From NCBI GenBank assembly GCA_947305705.1, contig CAMZEB010000003.1, positions 2,599 to 66,598 on the forward strand: DNA of 64,000 bases. Reading direction: 5' to 3'. Of the stretch, positions 8,698-17,535 are shown piece by piece (position 1 is the stretch's first letter; each line of letters begins with the position of its first letter). The DNA is from an uncultured Candidatus Saccharibacteria bacterium. GTDB lineage: Bacteria; Patescibacteriota; Saccharimonadia; Saccharimonadales; Saccharimonadaceae. Both the position numbers and the translations under genes were made by a program. Below the pieces are notes generated by a model that saw nothing but the letters and a program-made list of their open reading frames with translations, was not told the DNA's origin and ran no database searches.

Positions 8698-9417
8698 CTA
8701 TTGTGGGCGACTAGTAGCAACGGAATGGGCGTTATTCTCAATACGGTCGTCGAGTTTTTGGAGTTTAATTTTATCTGTTTTTGACTGTCTTTCGAGCGCG
8801 GTTTGAATTAGGAAGTCGGTGATTTTTGGATTCTTTGGAAGAATTGGGCCGTGGAGGTAGGTGCCGATACAATTTTTGTATCTTACGCCTTCTGCGTGAT
8901 CTTTGCCGTTATTGCCAAAACCTTTTTGGACGGTTCCGAACGCTTCTAACCCTTCGCCTAGTTGAGTTAATCCGGAATGGTTTTCGTAGCCGACAACTTC
9001 GCCGAATTTTGGTGCGTCAATGACGATATTGCCAATGAGGCGGCTATTGCCTGCGACGGTATGGAGATTAAGAATACCAGTGCCCTCGATTCTCTGGCCA
9101 TCGCCTGTTTCGAAATAGTTGCCGAATAGTTGATATAGGCCACAAATTACGAGTGTTGGCGTGCCGGCTTCGACGAACTCTTTGAGTTTTGGACCGATTT
9201 TGCGGAGATCGTCTTCGATGCGGTTTTGGTTTGAATCTTGCCCGCCGCCACCAAAAATAATGTCGATGTCGTTCGGAATAATATCGCCTGGCTCGTGCTC
9301 TATTACTTCGGCTTTGATACCGCGCCATTCGCAACGCTTTACGATGGCGAGAACGTTTCCGTGGTCGCCGTAGAGATTCATCTCTTTTGGATATAGGTGC
9401 AGGATTTTTAGTTTCAT
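8698..9417 (-). CDS. gatD: lipid II isoglutaminyl synthase, glutaminase subunit GatD
   Basis: Close end-to-end resemblance to staphylococcal GatD (LNLYGD.GN, ICGLYQ catalytic Cys, GTYLHGPILPKN). Confidence 0.85.
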   Translation of the reverse strand: MKLKILHLYPKEMNLYGDHGNVLAIVKRCEWRGIKAEVIEHEPGDIIPNDIDIIFGGGGQDSNQNRIEDDLRKIGPKLKEFVEAGTPTLVICGLYQLFGNYFETGDGQRIEGTGILNLHTVAGNSRLIGNIVIDAPKFGEVVGYENHSGLTQLGEGLEAFGTVQKGFGNNGKDHAEGVRYKNCIGTYLHGPILPKNPKITDFLIQTALERQSKTDKIKLQKLDDRIENNAHSVATSRPQ

Positions 9418-10646
9418 ACTAGGCTTTTCCCCGAGATAATTTTACGTATTTCGAGCATTGCGGTGTAGGTAGCAAAAATGCGTTTCGGTTTTTCACTGTT
9501 GGAAGTAAATGTCTTGAGGGCTTGTTTTAAGTCTTCGATGCAGGCTTCAGTTTTGATGTCGTCATATTTTAGGCGGAGCGCCATATCGGTAGCGCGTGTT
9601 CCAGATGCAACTTTGACGGTTGGAAGCTTTTTGAAATCAACATTCCAGAGCCACGAGACGTCGCGGCCATCGGCGATAGCGTCATTGATTGCAATCATAT
9701 AGTCGTGCTTATTGTCTACGAAAGAAGTGAGGCTGAGCTGGAAAGCGCTTGGGTTTTTGACGAGCAATAATTCAACTTCGGCGCCGTTGATCGTGAAGAC
9801 TTCGCCTCGACCGAAGGCAGATTCGATTTTGGCGAGAGAGTCAATAAGAGCTTTGTTATCGGATTTTGGCAGAATTGTTTTTACGATGGCGAGTGCGCCA
9901 GCGGCATTATAGGCGTTGTATATGCCTTTGACTTTTAGTGGAGTGGTGAATTTTTCTTTTTCTATGATATAGGTTGCTTCGCTGGATAATGTTTCGAGTT
10001 TTACGAGTGCTGGTTTTGTGGAAGCTTTGACTTTATCGTGCGATAGCAGGTTGTCGTCGGATGGGAATTGTTTGAGTAGCTCGTTAGAAAGGCCGAAGTA
10101 GGCGACGTTTTTGGCGGTAATTTTGCCGATACGTGGGTCTTCGCGGTTTAATACGACTGTTTTCTTTGTTGCGGCGGCGACTTTTTGGAGATAAGCGGCG
10201 GTATGGTCGATTTCGCCAAAACGATCGAGCTGGTCGCGTTGGACGTTCAGGAGTAGCGCGTAATCTATCGGTGCGACTTCGCTGAATTTGACAGCGTGTG
10301 CCTCGTCTAGTTCGAGGACGGCAATATCATAATTAAACTTTCCAGTTATGCGGATATTTTTTAGAATTGCGGAAATGACGCCGCGGACGAAATTGCTGCC
10401 AGTCTTGTTTGTAAAAACACGGAGGCCTTGGCTTTCGAGGAGTTCGGTGACTATTTTTGTGGTGGTGGTCTTGCCGTTTGTGCCGGAAATTACCACAACG
10501 CCGTAAGGCAGTTTGCCAAGCACTTCTTTGATGAAGTTTGGATTAGTGCGTTCGACGACGAGGCCTGGAAGGGCTGAGCCGCCGTTCCCGCGGAGGCGTG
10601 AGACTTTTTGAACTGTTTTGCCTAGTATGATACTTACTTTTTTCAT
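9414..10646 (-). CDS. murT: lipid II isoglutaminyl synthase, ligase subunit MurT
   Basis: Mur-ligase P-loop SGTNGKTTT and C-terminal DUF1727-type DGRDVSWLWNVDF. 4-nt overlap with gatD. Start revised to MKKVS. Confidence 0.85.
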   Translation of the reverse strand: MKKVSIILGKTVQKVSRLRGNGGSALPGLVVERTNPNFIKEVLGKLPYGVVVISGTNGKTTTTKIVTELLESQGLRVFTNKTGSNFVRGVISAILKNIRITGKFNYDIAVLELDEAHAVKFSEVAPIDYALLLNVQRDQLDRFGEIDHTAAYLQKVAAATKKTVVLNREDPRIGKITAKNVAYFGLSNELLKQFPSDDNLLSHDKVKASTKPALVKLETLSSEATYIIEKEKFTTPLKVKGIYNAYNAAGALAIVKTILPKSDNKALIDSLAKIESAFGRGEVFTINGAEVELLLVKNPSAFQLSLTSFVDNKHDYMIAINDAIADGRDVSWLWNVDFKKLPTVKVASGTRATDMALRLKYDDIKTEACIEDLKQALKTFTSNSEKPKRIFATYTAMLEIRKIISGKSLV

Positions 10647-10736
10647 GCTTATGATTGGCTTTTCTCTGAAAATTATACCATAAAAGAAAAATAGCCTCAC
10701 GTTTGTGGGCTATCTTTCGAGAAAGTACAAGGCGCT

Positions 10737-10997
10737 CTAGCCTTCGAACAGAGTCCAAGCTAAGGACGCTGTGTCGAATTCGAGCTGGCAGCTGAGCTTT
10801 CCGGCGACACATTGGAAGATGTGTTTTGCGGAATTGCCGATGAATTTGATGCTGGCACCGATTGTCTCGGTGATTTCAACTTCACCTTCACCTGCTTTGC
10901 GGAAGTATAGCGGTTGGCATGGAATGCGACTGTAATTGAACAGCGCCATGACCTCTACTTTCTCGCCTTTCCCTGCTTGGTTGTTAATATTTTTCAT
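10737..10997 (-). CDS. hypothetical small protein (86 aa)
   Basis: SD AAGGAG 7 nt upstream of the ATG. No family recognised. Confidence 0.5.
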   Translation of the reverse strand: MKNINNQAGKGEKVEVMALFNYSRIPCQPLYFRKAGEGEVEITETIGASIKFIGNSAKHIFQCVAGKLSCQLEFDTASLAWTLFEG

Positions 10998-11274
10998 AAA
11001 TTACTCCTTAAAATTGATTAGATTTATTGGAGTCATTTATGTGAGCCATGGATTTCGGCTCGGTGCCGCCCGTACAATGACAAGATACAAGCGACGATGC
11101 ATCACGATGACAGTGACCGAAGTTTGTTATCGTGATTTCATTATAGCGCGGATAATTATGCTTATGCTAGTCTTGAAATTTGCGATTTTTAAAGGGGTGA
11201 TATCGTGGAAAAGTGTGGTTTTGGGCGTGGATTAGTTGTGTTTATTTTTCGTTTGAAATCCCCAAGAAACGGAA

Positions 11275-11298
11275 ATGCTACGCTTGGTAGCGTAGCAT
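11275..11298 (-). terminator. 9-bp hairpin, terminator-like on the minus strand
   Basis: atgctacgc/gcgtagcat stem with ttccgtttc downstream on the minus strand. Sits about 20 nt after a TGCTATACT -10 (11326..11334). Confidence 0.35.
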
Positions 11299-11398
11299 CT
11301 GCGTGTGGTTAACCTTATGTATATAAGTATAGCACACTTTTGACGAATAGTCAATAGTATTATAGTTTTAATAACTGTAGACGTATTTGTCTCTATTA

Positions 11399-11650
11399 CT
11401 CCTCACCTTGCTTTTTATGCTTATGTATATTGCTGCATGAAAAAGGTCCGAACGTCTTGTTCGAGCCTAAATAGTTCACGATCTTAGGACGATCTTCGAT
11501 AAATCCGCATTCCACGGTATTTATCTGAGGCATGAACTCGCCTTTTAGCTCAGTTCCGGCACTAACGTGGCCCCTATTGGTGCATTCGGCTCCTAAGCCG
11601 TCTACCCATACCCGATATTCGCATACTCCCCTTTCGCTTTCGCTTGAGGT
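11399..11650 (-). pseudogene. 84-codon stop-free frame without a start codon (possible decayed gene)
   Basis: Hand translation gives TSSESERGVCEYRVWVDGLGAECTNRGHVSAGTELKGEFMPQINTVECGFIEDRPKIVNYLGSNKTFGPF... The only Met is at codon 40 and there is no SD. Confidence 0.25.
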
Positions 11651-11767
11651 TTAATCATAGAGCAAAGGCGCTGCGAAACGCTATCCTTTGCTAGTTCCCT
11701 CTATTTGACTATCGGTGAGGCCAGCCTTCTTGATGATTGTTTGCTCTTCATTCATAATGCTTATATT

Positions 11768-12415
11768 TTACCATTTTATTGGTGTTTTATTCCATTGCAC
11801 TAGCTGCTCGTTGCATTTTATGAAATGATTGTTGCCGAAGAACCCGTTATAGGCGGAAAGTGGTGATGGGTGGGCGGATTCGAGGACGAGGTGTTTTGAT
11901 TTATCGATGAGTGCGGCTTTGTTGCGGGCGTCGCGACCCCATAATAAGAAGACGAGATGGTCGCAGTGCTCGTTTAGGTATTTGATAATATGCTCGGTGA
12001 ATGTTTCCCAGCCTTTGCCGCGGTGGCTGCCGGCGAGGTGCGCTTCGACGGTTAGAACATTGTTGAGTAGAAGGACGCCTTGCTCTGCCCAACGGGTGAG
12101 ATTGCCAGATTCTGGAATCGGCGCGCCGGTTTCGGCGTGGATTTCTTTGAAAATATTTTGCAATGATGGCGGTTGCTGGATGCCGTCGCGAACGGAAAAA
12201 GCGAGGCCGTGCGCTTGGCCTGGGCCGTGGTACGGATCTTGCCCGATGATGACGACTTTTATATTGCTAAGGTCGGTTGTAAAAGCGGAAAATACCTGTT
12301 GCTTAGGAGGATAAATAGTCTTAGATTCGTAGGCAGTATGCAAAAATTTGGACAGCTCCTTGAAATAAGGCTCGTTAAATTCAGTTTGCAATACTGGTTT
12401 CCAAGAATCGTGCAT
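11768..12415 (-). CDS. ung: uracil-DNA glycosylase (family 1)
   Basis: GQDPYHGPGQAHGLAFSV and HPSPLSA motifs. Confidence 0.9.
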   Translation of the reverse strand: MHDSWKPVLQTEFNEPYFKELSKFLHTAYESKTIYPPKQQVFSAFTTDLSNIKVVIIGQDPYHGPGQAHGLAFSVRDGIQQPPSLQNIFKEIHAETGAPIPESGNLTRWAEQGVLLLNNVLTVEAHLAGSHRGKGWETFTEHIIKYLNEHCDHLVFLLWGRDARNKAALIDKSKHLVLESAHPSPLSAYNGFFGNNHFIKCNEQLVQWNKTPIKW

Positions 12416-13032
12416 TAGAGGTTCCAGAATGCTTTTAGGCGTTCGAATACTTCATCTGGCGTGCCGGTTGTATCAAAAGTCGGCACGTTGTATTCTTTGG
12501 CGACTTTTAGGTAGGCGTCGTTTAGTTTCTTTTGGAAGGCGCCATCTTTGGATTTGAAGAATTCTTCACTGCGTTTACCCTGCGAAATGAGGCGCTTGGC
12601 GCGTTCTTCGTCGGAGAGGGTCAGAATAACGATTTTGTCTGGGTTAAAATAACGGTCTGGCATGATGTCGTGGTGAAGTTTTGCGATGACTTGGCGGCTA
12701 ACGCCAGTGCCATAGCCTTCATAAATAATCGTTGAGAGCCAGTTGCGCGTAATGATGACAATATCGTCATTTTTGAGTGCGGGTTCGGCGAGTTTTTTCC
12801 ACTGTTCGTAGCGATTGACGAGGTATAGTAGAACGCGCGTGCGCGGATCTATATTGCTATCGTGCGAGCCGTAGTTCAATTGGGCGATTTGCTGAATGAA
12901 TGTGTCTTCGGAGTTAGTGCCAGATTCGGAATAGTGGACAACGTTTTTGCCCTGAGCTTTGAAAAATTCGACGAGTTTTGCGGCCTGGGTGTCTTTGCCG
13001 GTTGCGTCTTGACCTTCGATGACGATGAACAT
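12415..13032 (-). CDS. tmk: thymidylate kinase-like nucleoside monophosphate kinase
   Basis: P-loop IEGQDATGKDT, Tmk-like length and layout. Start overlaps the ung... tdk chain by 1 nt. Confidence 0.65.
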   Translation of the reverse strand: MFIVIEGQDATGKDTQAAKLVEFFKAQGKNVVHYSESGTNSEDTFIQQIAQLNYGSHDSNIDPRTRVLLYLVNRYEQWKKLAEPALKNDDIVIITRNWLSTIIYEGYGTGVSRQVIAKLHHDIMPDRYFNPDKIVILTLSDEERAKRLISQGKRSEEFFKSKDGAFQKKLNDAYLKVAKEYNVPTFDTTGTPDEVFERLKAFWNL

Positions 13033-13620
13033 TTATGAATTCTCCTTTAATTTATAATAACAGTGATTGCAGAGTGCGCGGTATTTTATATCGGATTTTC
13101 CGTCATCGATTAATATATCTGGGCCGTCGGTAACGAGTTTGCCGTTTAGGAATCGGCAATTGAGGGTGGCTTTGCGGCCACAGTCGCAGATTGTTTTGAT
13201 TTCTTCGATTTTGTGGGCGAGTTGAAGTAGACGGGTGGCGCCTTCGAAGCCGCCATCTTTGCGGCGAAAATTGAGCCGAAGACCGTAGCAGATGACTGGA
13301 ATATCTAGTTTGACGGTAACCTCCATTAGCTGGTCGACTTGTTTTGCGGTGAGGAATTGTGCTTCATCGACCAAGATACAATCGACGTCGCGATAATCTT
13401 TAGCGATTCTGTTATAGATGTTTTCGCGGCGTGTGAATGTAAAGTCGGTTTCGCGCTCTGGGCCGATGCGAGTGAGGAGTTTGTCACCATTTTTCGTATC
13501 AGTACGCGGCTTGATGACGCAGACGGTTTGTCCGCGTTCATTATAATTGAAGGCGACCTGTAATAGCTGCATAGTTTTGCCGCAGCCCATCGCGCCATAA
13601 CGAAAATATAGTTGTGCCAC
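13033..13620 (-). CDS. tdk: thymidine kinase
   Basis: GAMGCGKT P-loop, VDEAQF, and C-terminal zinc-binding CDCG...CNHC. GTG start with SD AAGGAGG. Confidence 0.9.
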   Translation of the reverse strand: MAQLYFRYGAMGCGKTMQLLQVAFNYNERGQTVCVIKPRTDTKNGDKLLTRIGPERETDFTFTRRENIYNRIAKDYRDVDCILVDEAQFLTAKQVDQLMEVTVKLDIPVICYGLRLNFRRKDGGFEGATRLLQLAHKIEEIKTICDCGRKATLNCRFLNGKLVTDGPDILIDDGKSDIKYRALCNHCYYKLKENS

Positions 13621-13661
13621 ATTCCTCCTTTTTACTTAGTTTAACATTCTTCGTACGCTTA

Positions 13662-13670
13662 TGCTAAAAT
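13662..13670 (+). promoter_or_regulatory. extended -10 (TGCTAAAAT), N6 to the ATG (leaderless)
   Basis: Located 6 nt upstream of the ATG at 13677. Confidence 0.5.
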
Positions 13671-13676
13671 AAAGTT

Positions 13677-15674
13677 ATGAGTATATTTAGCCGTTTTAAG
13701 GGTGGAGAGAAAAAAGCGAGCGGTAATGTTGAGCCGCAAAATAATGATTGGGATAGCTTGAAGGACGTCGAGTTTCGCAATAGCACTGAAGCGCCCGAGA
13801 ATAAATCTAGTGAGATGACCATTGAGGCGAATCCGCGTCAGCAACGAAAGATTTTGGCGGCTTATGCTGGTACCGGAGAGGATTTTGGCGCGATTATTCG
13901 TGAGTCGGATGTAAAGATGTCGGATGATGTGCAGGCAGCGATTATTGATAAGGTTGCGCAGGGCAATTCTTATTTGCCAAAGCGAGAGTTCCTCTCTCAG
14001 ATTGCGACTCCTGCGCATTATGACGGCGGTGCGCAGAATGTCATTAGTTCTTTTGATGATTCGCGTGAATTTAAGATCTTGTCGGCTGTGAGTGGCAGAG
14101 GCAGCGGCGTTGATGGCGTGGAATCTTTTCTTGCGACTTATCCTCTTCCGATGGATTTTGAGGAAGAGAGCGGTAAGTTTTTGGAACGTATTAAGCGGGC
14201 TAACGGCCAAGAAAAATACGATGTTTATAAGAATACGATGGAATCGTTTAAACACAAAATATATGGTAAACGATATGAATATTATTCGCAGATGAAGTTG
14301 CTCGATAATAAGATCGATGAGCGTCGAGCGCAGCTAAGGCAAGAGTCGATGGAAGTTGCCGTTGACGAGCCTAAGCGTCGAAAATTATTAGTTGGGTTAG
14401 TGGCGGAATTTAACGATATTGAGGAGTTGATGTCTGAAGATGATGTCGACGTGCCAGAAAAACTTTGTGATGATATTCTAGACCATCTTGCGTCTAGTAA
14501 AACCAATCTTCGCGATCGCGAGAGATTATTGCTAACATATGCAGATGGCCCGACTGATTATGCTGATGGCGCAAGAAAAGTAGTATCCTCTCTTTCGTCC
14601 CATCGCGAATACAGAATTCTTACCGAAATTACCGGTACGCCAGATGGTAGAGTGGATGAGAAGAGTGTCGAGAAGTTTATTTCTATGTTCCCTACACCAA
14701 TCGATTTTGAGGGCGCTAGCGGCCGTTTCTTGAATGATATTGAAAAGATAAATGGAGTTAGGAAGCGTGAGCAATACGAAGATGCGATGCTGTCATTTGA
14801 GCGAAAGATTTATGGCAATAAATATGGTTACTATGAACAGCTGAAGATTATCGAAAATGATATTAGTGCTAGAATTGACGGTAAAAATCGTCAGTTGGGG
14901 CGTGCCGCAGAAAAGAGCGCCGAAATTGAGGCGAGCCACGAATGGGCACCTGGTGACCATAGCAGTATTCAGGTATCTCGCCAACAAACTATTGATGGGC
15001 TTGTTTCGCTTGAAGCGCTTGACCAAGGTCTTACGGCGGATGACTATTGTGAAGATACGGTTTTCGTAAAAGAAGATTCGCAGTTGTATGGCGTTTTTGA
15101 TGGCGCTGGCGGTTCGGCGGATGGCCGTGCTGCATCTCAGACGGCGGCTAAAGTTGTGCGTGAGATGAGCGGACAGTTTGAGTTGGCTAGTGGTTCTAGT
15201 TTGGCATCAGTACTTAATAATGCGGACGAGCAGGTATCCGCTACGTGTGCCTCTAGCTATACGACGGGCGTACTAGCGAGAGTATCAAAGAGAAATGGTT
15301 ATGATATCCTCTCGTATGCTTCGGTTGGCGATTCGAGAATCTATATTGTTGATAAAAAAGGTAAAGCCCGTATGGTAACTGATGACGAAGGCGAGGGGCG
15401 CTATTTGGCAAACGCGATTGGCCATAAACGCTACGAAGACGAGCCTTGCTGCCAGCAATTTGGCGATGTTTATCTCAATCCTGGCGACCGTGTTGTGCTC
15501 TGTTCGGATGGTATTACGGGTGATTATGGTGATGATTTGATGAGCGAAGAGGAACTCGGCAAGATTGTCTATAATTCGAAAGATGCAAATGATGCTGCTA
15601 GGAATCTAACTTGCGCTGCGAGAAAACACGATGACAGAAGCGTGATCGTATTCGCGCCAGATTTTAACCGTTAA
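13677..15674 (+). CDS. PP2C-family Ser/Thr phosphatase with duplicated N-terminal domain
   Basis: C-terminal VFDGAGGS, SVGDSRIY, LCSDGITG and DDRSVIVF motifs. N-terminal half carries two copies of a module of about 135 aa. Confidence 0.8.
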   Translation: MSIFSRFKGGEKKASGNVEPQNNDWDSLKDVEFRNSTEAPENKSSEMTIEANPRQQRKILAAYAGTGEDFGAIIRESDVKMSDDVQAAIIDKVAQGNSYLPKREFLSQIATPAHYDGGAQNVISSFDDSREFKILSAVSGRGSGVDGVESFLATYPLPMDFEEESGKFLERIKRANGQEKYDVYKNTMESFKHKIYGKRYEYYSQMKLLDNKIDERRAQLRQESMEVAVDEPKRRKLLVGLVAEFNDIEELMSEDDVDVPEKLCDDILDHLASSKTNLRDRERLLLTYADGPTDYADGARKVVSSLSSHREYRILTEITGTPDGRVDEKSVEKFISMFPTPIDFEGASGRFLNDIEKINGVRKREQYEDAMLSFERKIYGNKYGYYEQLKIIENDISARIDGKNRQLGRAAEKSAEIEASHEWAPGDHSSIQVSRQQTIDGLVSLEALDQGLTADDYCEDTVFVKEDSQLYGVFDGAGGSADGRAASQTAAKVVREMSGQFELASGSSLASVLNNADEQVSATCASSYTTGVLARVSKRNGYDILSYASVGDSRIYIVDKKGKARMVTDDEGEGRYLANAIGHKRYEDEPCCQQFGDVYLNPGDRVVLCSDGITGDYGDDLMSEEELGKIVYNSKDANDAARNLTCAARKHDDRSVIVFAPDFNR

Positions 15675-15675
15675 T

Positions 15676-16968
15676 TTATTCTAGCGGTGTTGTTTCGCCG
15701 GTTTGGAGGTTTTTGGCGCTTAGTTTGCCGGTAGTTGCTTCGTCGCTGCCGATGACGACGGCATATTTTGCGATTTTTGCAGCACGGTTGAATTTATTGC
15801 CAAGCTTTCGCTCGTCGAAATCGATATCGACGGTATAGCCATTTTGGCGAAGTTTGTTTGCGGTATTGATTGTAAATGCGTACTCGTCGCTGCTGAGTGG
15901 AATTAAAACATAGTCGATTGGTTGGACAGTGGTTTTATCGAGGAGTCCTTTTTCGTTAAGGATAAAGAATAGCCTGGTTAGCCCGATTGAGCCGCCGACG
16001 CCTGGGAATTTTTGTTCGGTAAAGTTGCTTGCTAGGTTGTCGTAGCGCCCGCCGCTTGAAATACTGCCAATATCGCGGTGATCTTTGAGGAAGGTTTCGA
16101 AGACAGTGCCAGTGTAATAATCGAGGCCACGGATAATCATAAAGTCGATTTCTATGTCGCTCATATCTGGCTTGGCGTTCAGGATATTGAAGACAGCTTT
16201 TAGCTCATCGAGGCCTTCGCGAACCGTAGTGAGGTATGGGAGAATTTCGGTCAACTTTGCTTCAACTTCGACGTAATCGCCTTTTATGAACATAAAAGTC
16301 ATAATTTTGTCGACTTGTTCGTCTGAGAGGCTGAGTTCGGTTAGAGCATTTCGTGATACTTCGACTGGGACTTTTTCGGCGTGGTCGATGATGCTGCTGA
16401 TTTCGGCGGATTTGCTTTCGGCACCAATTGCGCTCAAGAAACCGGAAAGAACTTTGCGGTTGCTGATGCGAATTTTCATCTCTGGGAGATTGAAGGTTTT
16501 TAATGCATCGTGGATACAGGCGATAACTTTTGCATCGTAGGCGATTGGTAGTTTGTCGCGACCGATGATGTCGCAGTCGCATTGATAGAATTCGCGGAAA
16601 CGGCCACGCTGTGCGCGTTCGCCGCGGAAATTGCGGTTGATTTGCGTGACTTGGAATGGGAACACGAGGTCATTGCTATGCTCTGCTACGTAGCGGGCGA
16701 GCGGGACGGTGTGGTCGAAGCGCAGCGCTTGGTCGGCAGAATCTGACGCCTCGGCAGTTTTGGAGACCATATAAATCTGCTTTTCGGTGTCGCCGCCTGC
16801 TTTTGCTAGCAGGACCTCGGCGCGCTCGATGATTGGTGTCTCGATATTCAAGAAGCCATAATGATGGTATACGTCGCTGATGTTATGTTTGAGACGGTCA
16901 AATATTGCCTGATCGTTAGGCAGTAGTTCTTGCATGCCAGATAGTGGCGACGTATTAATTTTCTTCAT
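15676..16968 (-). CDS. hisS: histidyl-tRNA synthetase
   Basis: Class II motifs (FRGERAQRGRFREFYQCD, GGRYD, GGSIG) and an anticodon-binding C-terminus. Confidence 0.9.
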   Translation of the reverse strand: MKKINTSPLSGMQELLPNDQAIFDRLKHNISDVYHHYGFLNIETPIIERAEVLLAKAGGDTEKQIYMVSKTAEASDSADQALRFDHTVPLARYVAEHSNDLVFPFQVTQINRNFRGERAQRGRFREFYQCDCDIIGRDKLPIAYDAKVIACIHDALKTFNLPEMKIRISNRKVLSGFLSAIGAESKSAEISSIIDHAEKVPVEVSRNALTELSLSDEQVDKIMTFMFIKGDYVEVEAKLTEILPYLTTVREGLDELKAVFNILNAKPDMSDIEIDFMIIRGLDYYTGTVFETFLKDHRDIGSISSGGRYDNLASNFTEQKFPGVGGSIGLTRLFFILNEKGLLDKTTVQPIDYVLIPLSSDEYAFTINTANKLRQNGYTVDIDFDERKLGNKFNRAAKIAKYAVVIGSDEATTGKLSAKNLQTGETTPLE

Positions 16969-16974
16969 ATTTCC

Positions 16975-16983
16975 ATTTTAGCA
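16975..16983 (-). promoter_or_regulatory. extended -10 (TGCTAAAAT), N6 to the hisS ATG (leaderless)
   Basis: attttagca lies 6 nt from the start at 16968. Confidence 0.5.
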
Positions 16984-17009
16984 CAATATGTGATAAGATT
17001 ATGGAGTGT

Positions 17010-17085
17010 GGCTCTGTAGCTCAGTTGGTAGAGCAGAGGCCTGAAGAGCCTTGTGTCGACGGTTCAAGTCCGCCCGGAGCCACCA
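17010..17085 (+). tRNA. tRNA-Phe (anticodon GAA), CCA encoded
   Basis: Cloverleaf folded by hand. Anticodon loop ctGAAga, T-loop ggttcaagtcc. Confidence 0.9.
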
Positions 17086-17099
17086 AGCTAGATTTGTTA

Positions 17100-17130
17100 G
17101 GCCACTTGTTGAGATAAGTGAGCCTTTTTT
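17100..17130 (+). terminator. terminator after tRNA-Phe
   Basis: ggccactt...aagtgagcc stem followed by TTTTTT. Confidence 0.55.
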
Positions 17131-17135
17131 AGTGG

Positions 17136-17432
17136 TTATCGGTGGAAGAATAAGATTAAAATTCCGATTATTATCACAACTAGGACAATCATTGGGAAAT
17201 AGTAAAAGAAAAATCGTCTGATTCTTTCTCTTGCTGTTCTTTTGATTTTCTTGCCCTTTTTTCTCGCTTCGCGTTCTTCCGCGATCTTTTTGTGCTGATA
17301 ATTGCGCTCTTCGTCGAGGGCTTTTCCGACGGAATAACATATGAAACCAGCAAGTGCTACTCCGAAAATTAATCCTAGGAAGCTCCCGATTTCGTCGTTT
17401 ATAGATGCCATCATAGTGAATATTTTATTCAT
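17136..17432 (-). CDS. small two-TM membrane protein with basic loop
   Basis: Two hydrophobic helices flank a Lys/Arg-rich segment. Confidence 0.5.
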   Translation of the reverse strand: MNKIFTMMASINDEIGSFLGLIFGVALAGFICYSVGKALDEERNYQHKKIAEEREARKKGKKIKRTARERIRRFFFYYFPMIVLVVIIIGILILFFHR

Positions 17433-17535
17433 TAGTTTCGGATTCCGCTTTTGGTTATTTTTATTATAACATTTTAAGGTTTGAATCAGAATTATACTAT
17501 AAAATAAGATTATATTATTAACATAAGGGGAATAT

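Larger units (their letters stand above)
10998..11767. other. ORF-poor 770-bp interval (possible gene relic and/or ncRNA)
   Basis: No ATG-initiated ORF of 60 aa or more between 11235 and 11768 on either strand. Contains promoter-like motifs and hairpins. Confidence 0.5.

Noticed and set aside
11584-11595. The 12-mer attcggctccta, shared between this interval and the tRNA-Tyr/LCP spacer (42524..42535), as a possible dispersed repeat.
   Set aside because: Similarity stops after 12-13 nt. Matches of that length are expected by chance many times in 64 kb on two strands.
11400-11760. Possible RNase P RNA, tmRNA or SRP RNA in the ORF-free interval.
   Set aside because: I could not find the conserved core strings of any of the three on either strand. 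The region is kept only as unexplained (see findings).
13659-14255. A 198-aa minus-strand ORF antisense to the PP2C gene. Similar antisense ORFs occur inside glyA, dnaB, secY, hisS and others.
   Set aside because: The opposite strand carries recognisable conserved proteins, and these ORFs have Arg/Ser/Leu-rich junk-like composition.
16999-17340. A 113-aa minus-strand ORF running through tRNA-Phe.
   Set aside because: It overlaps a well-folded tRNA and the better-supported 98-aa membrane-protein frame (17136..17432).
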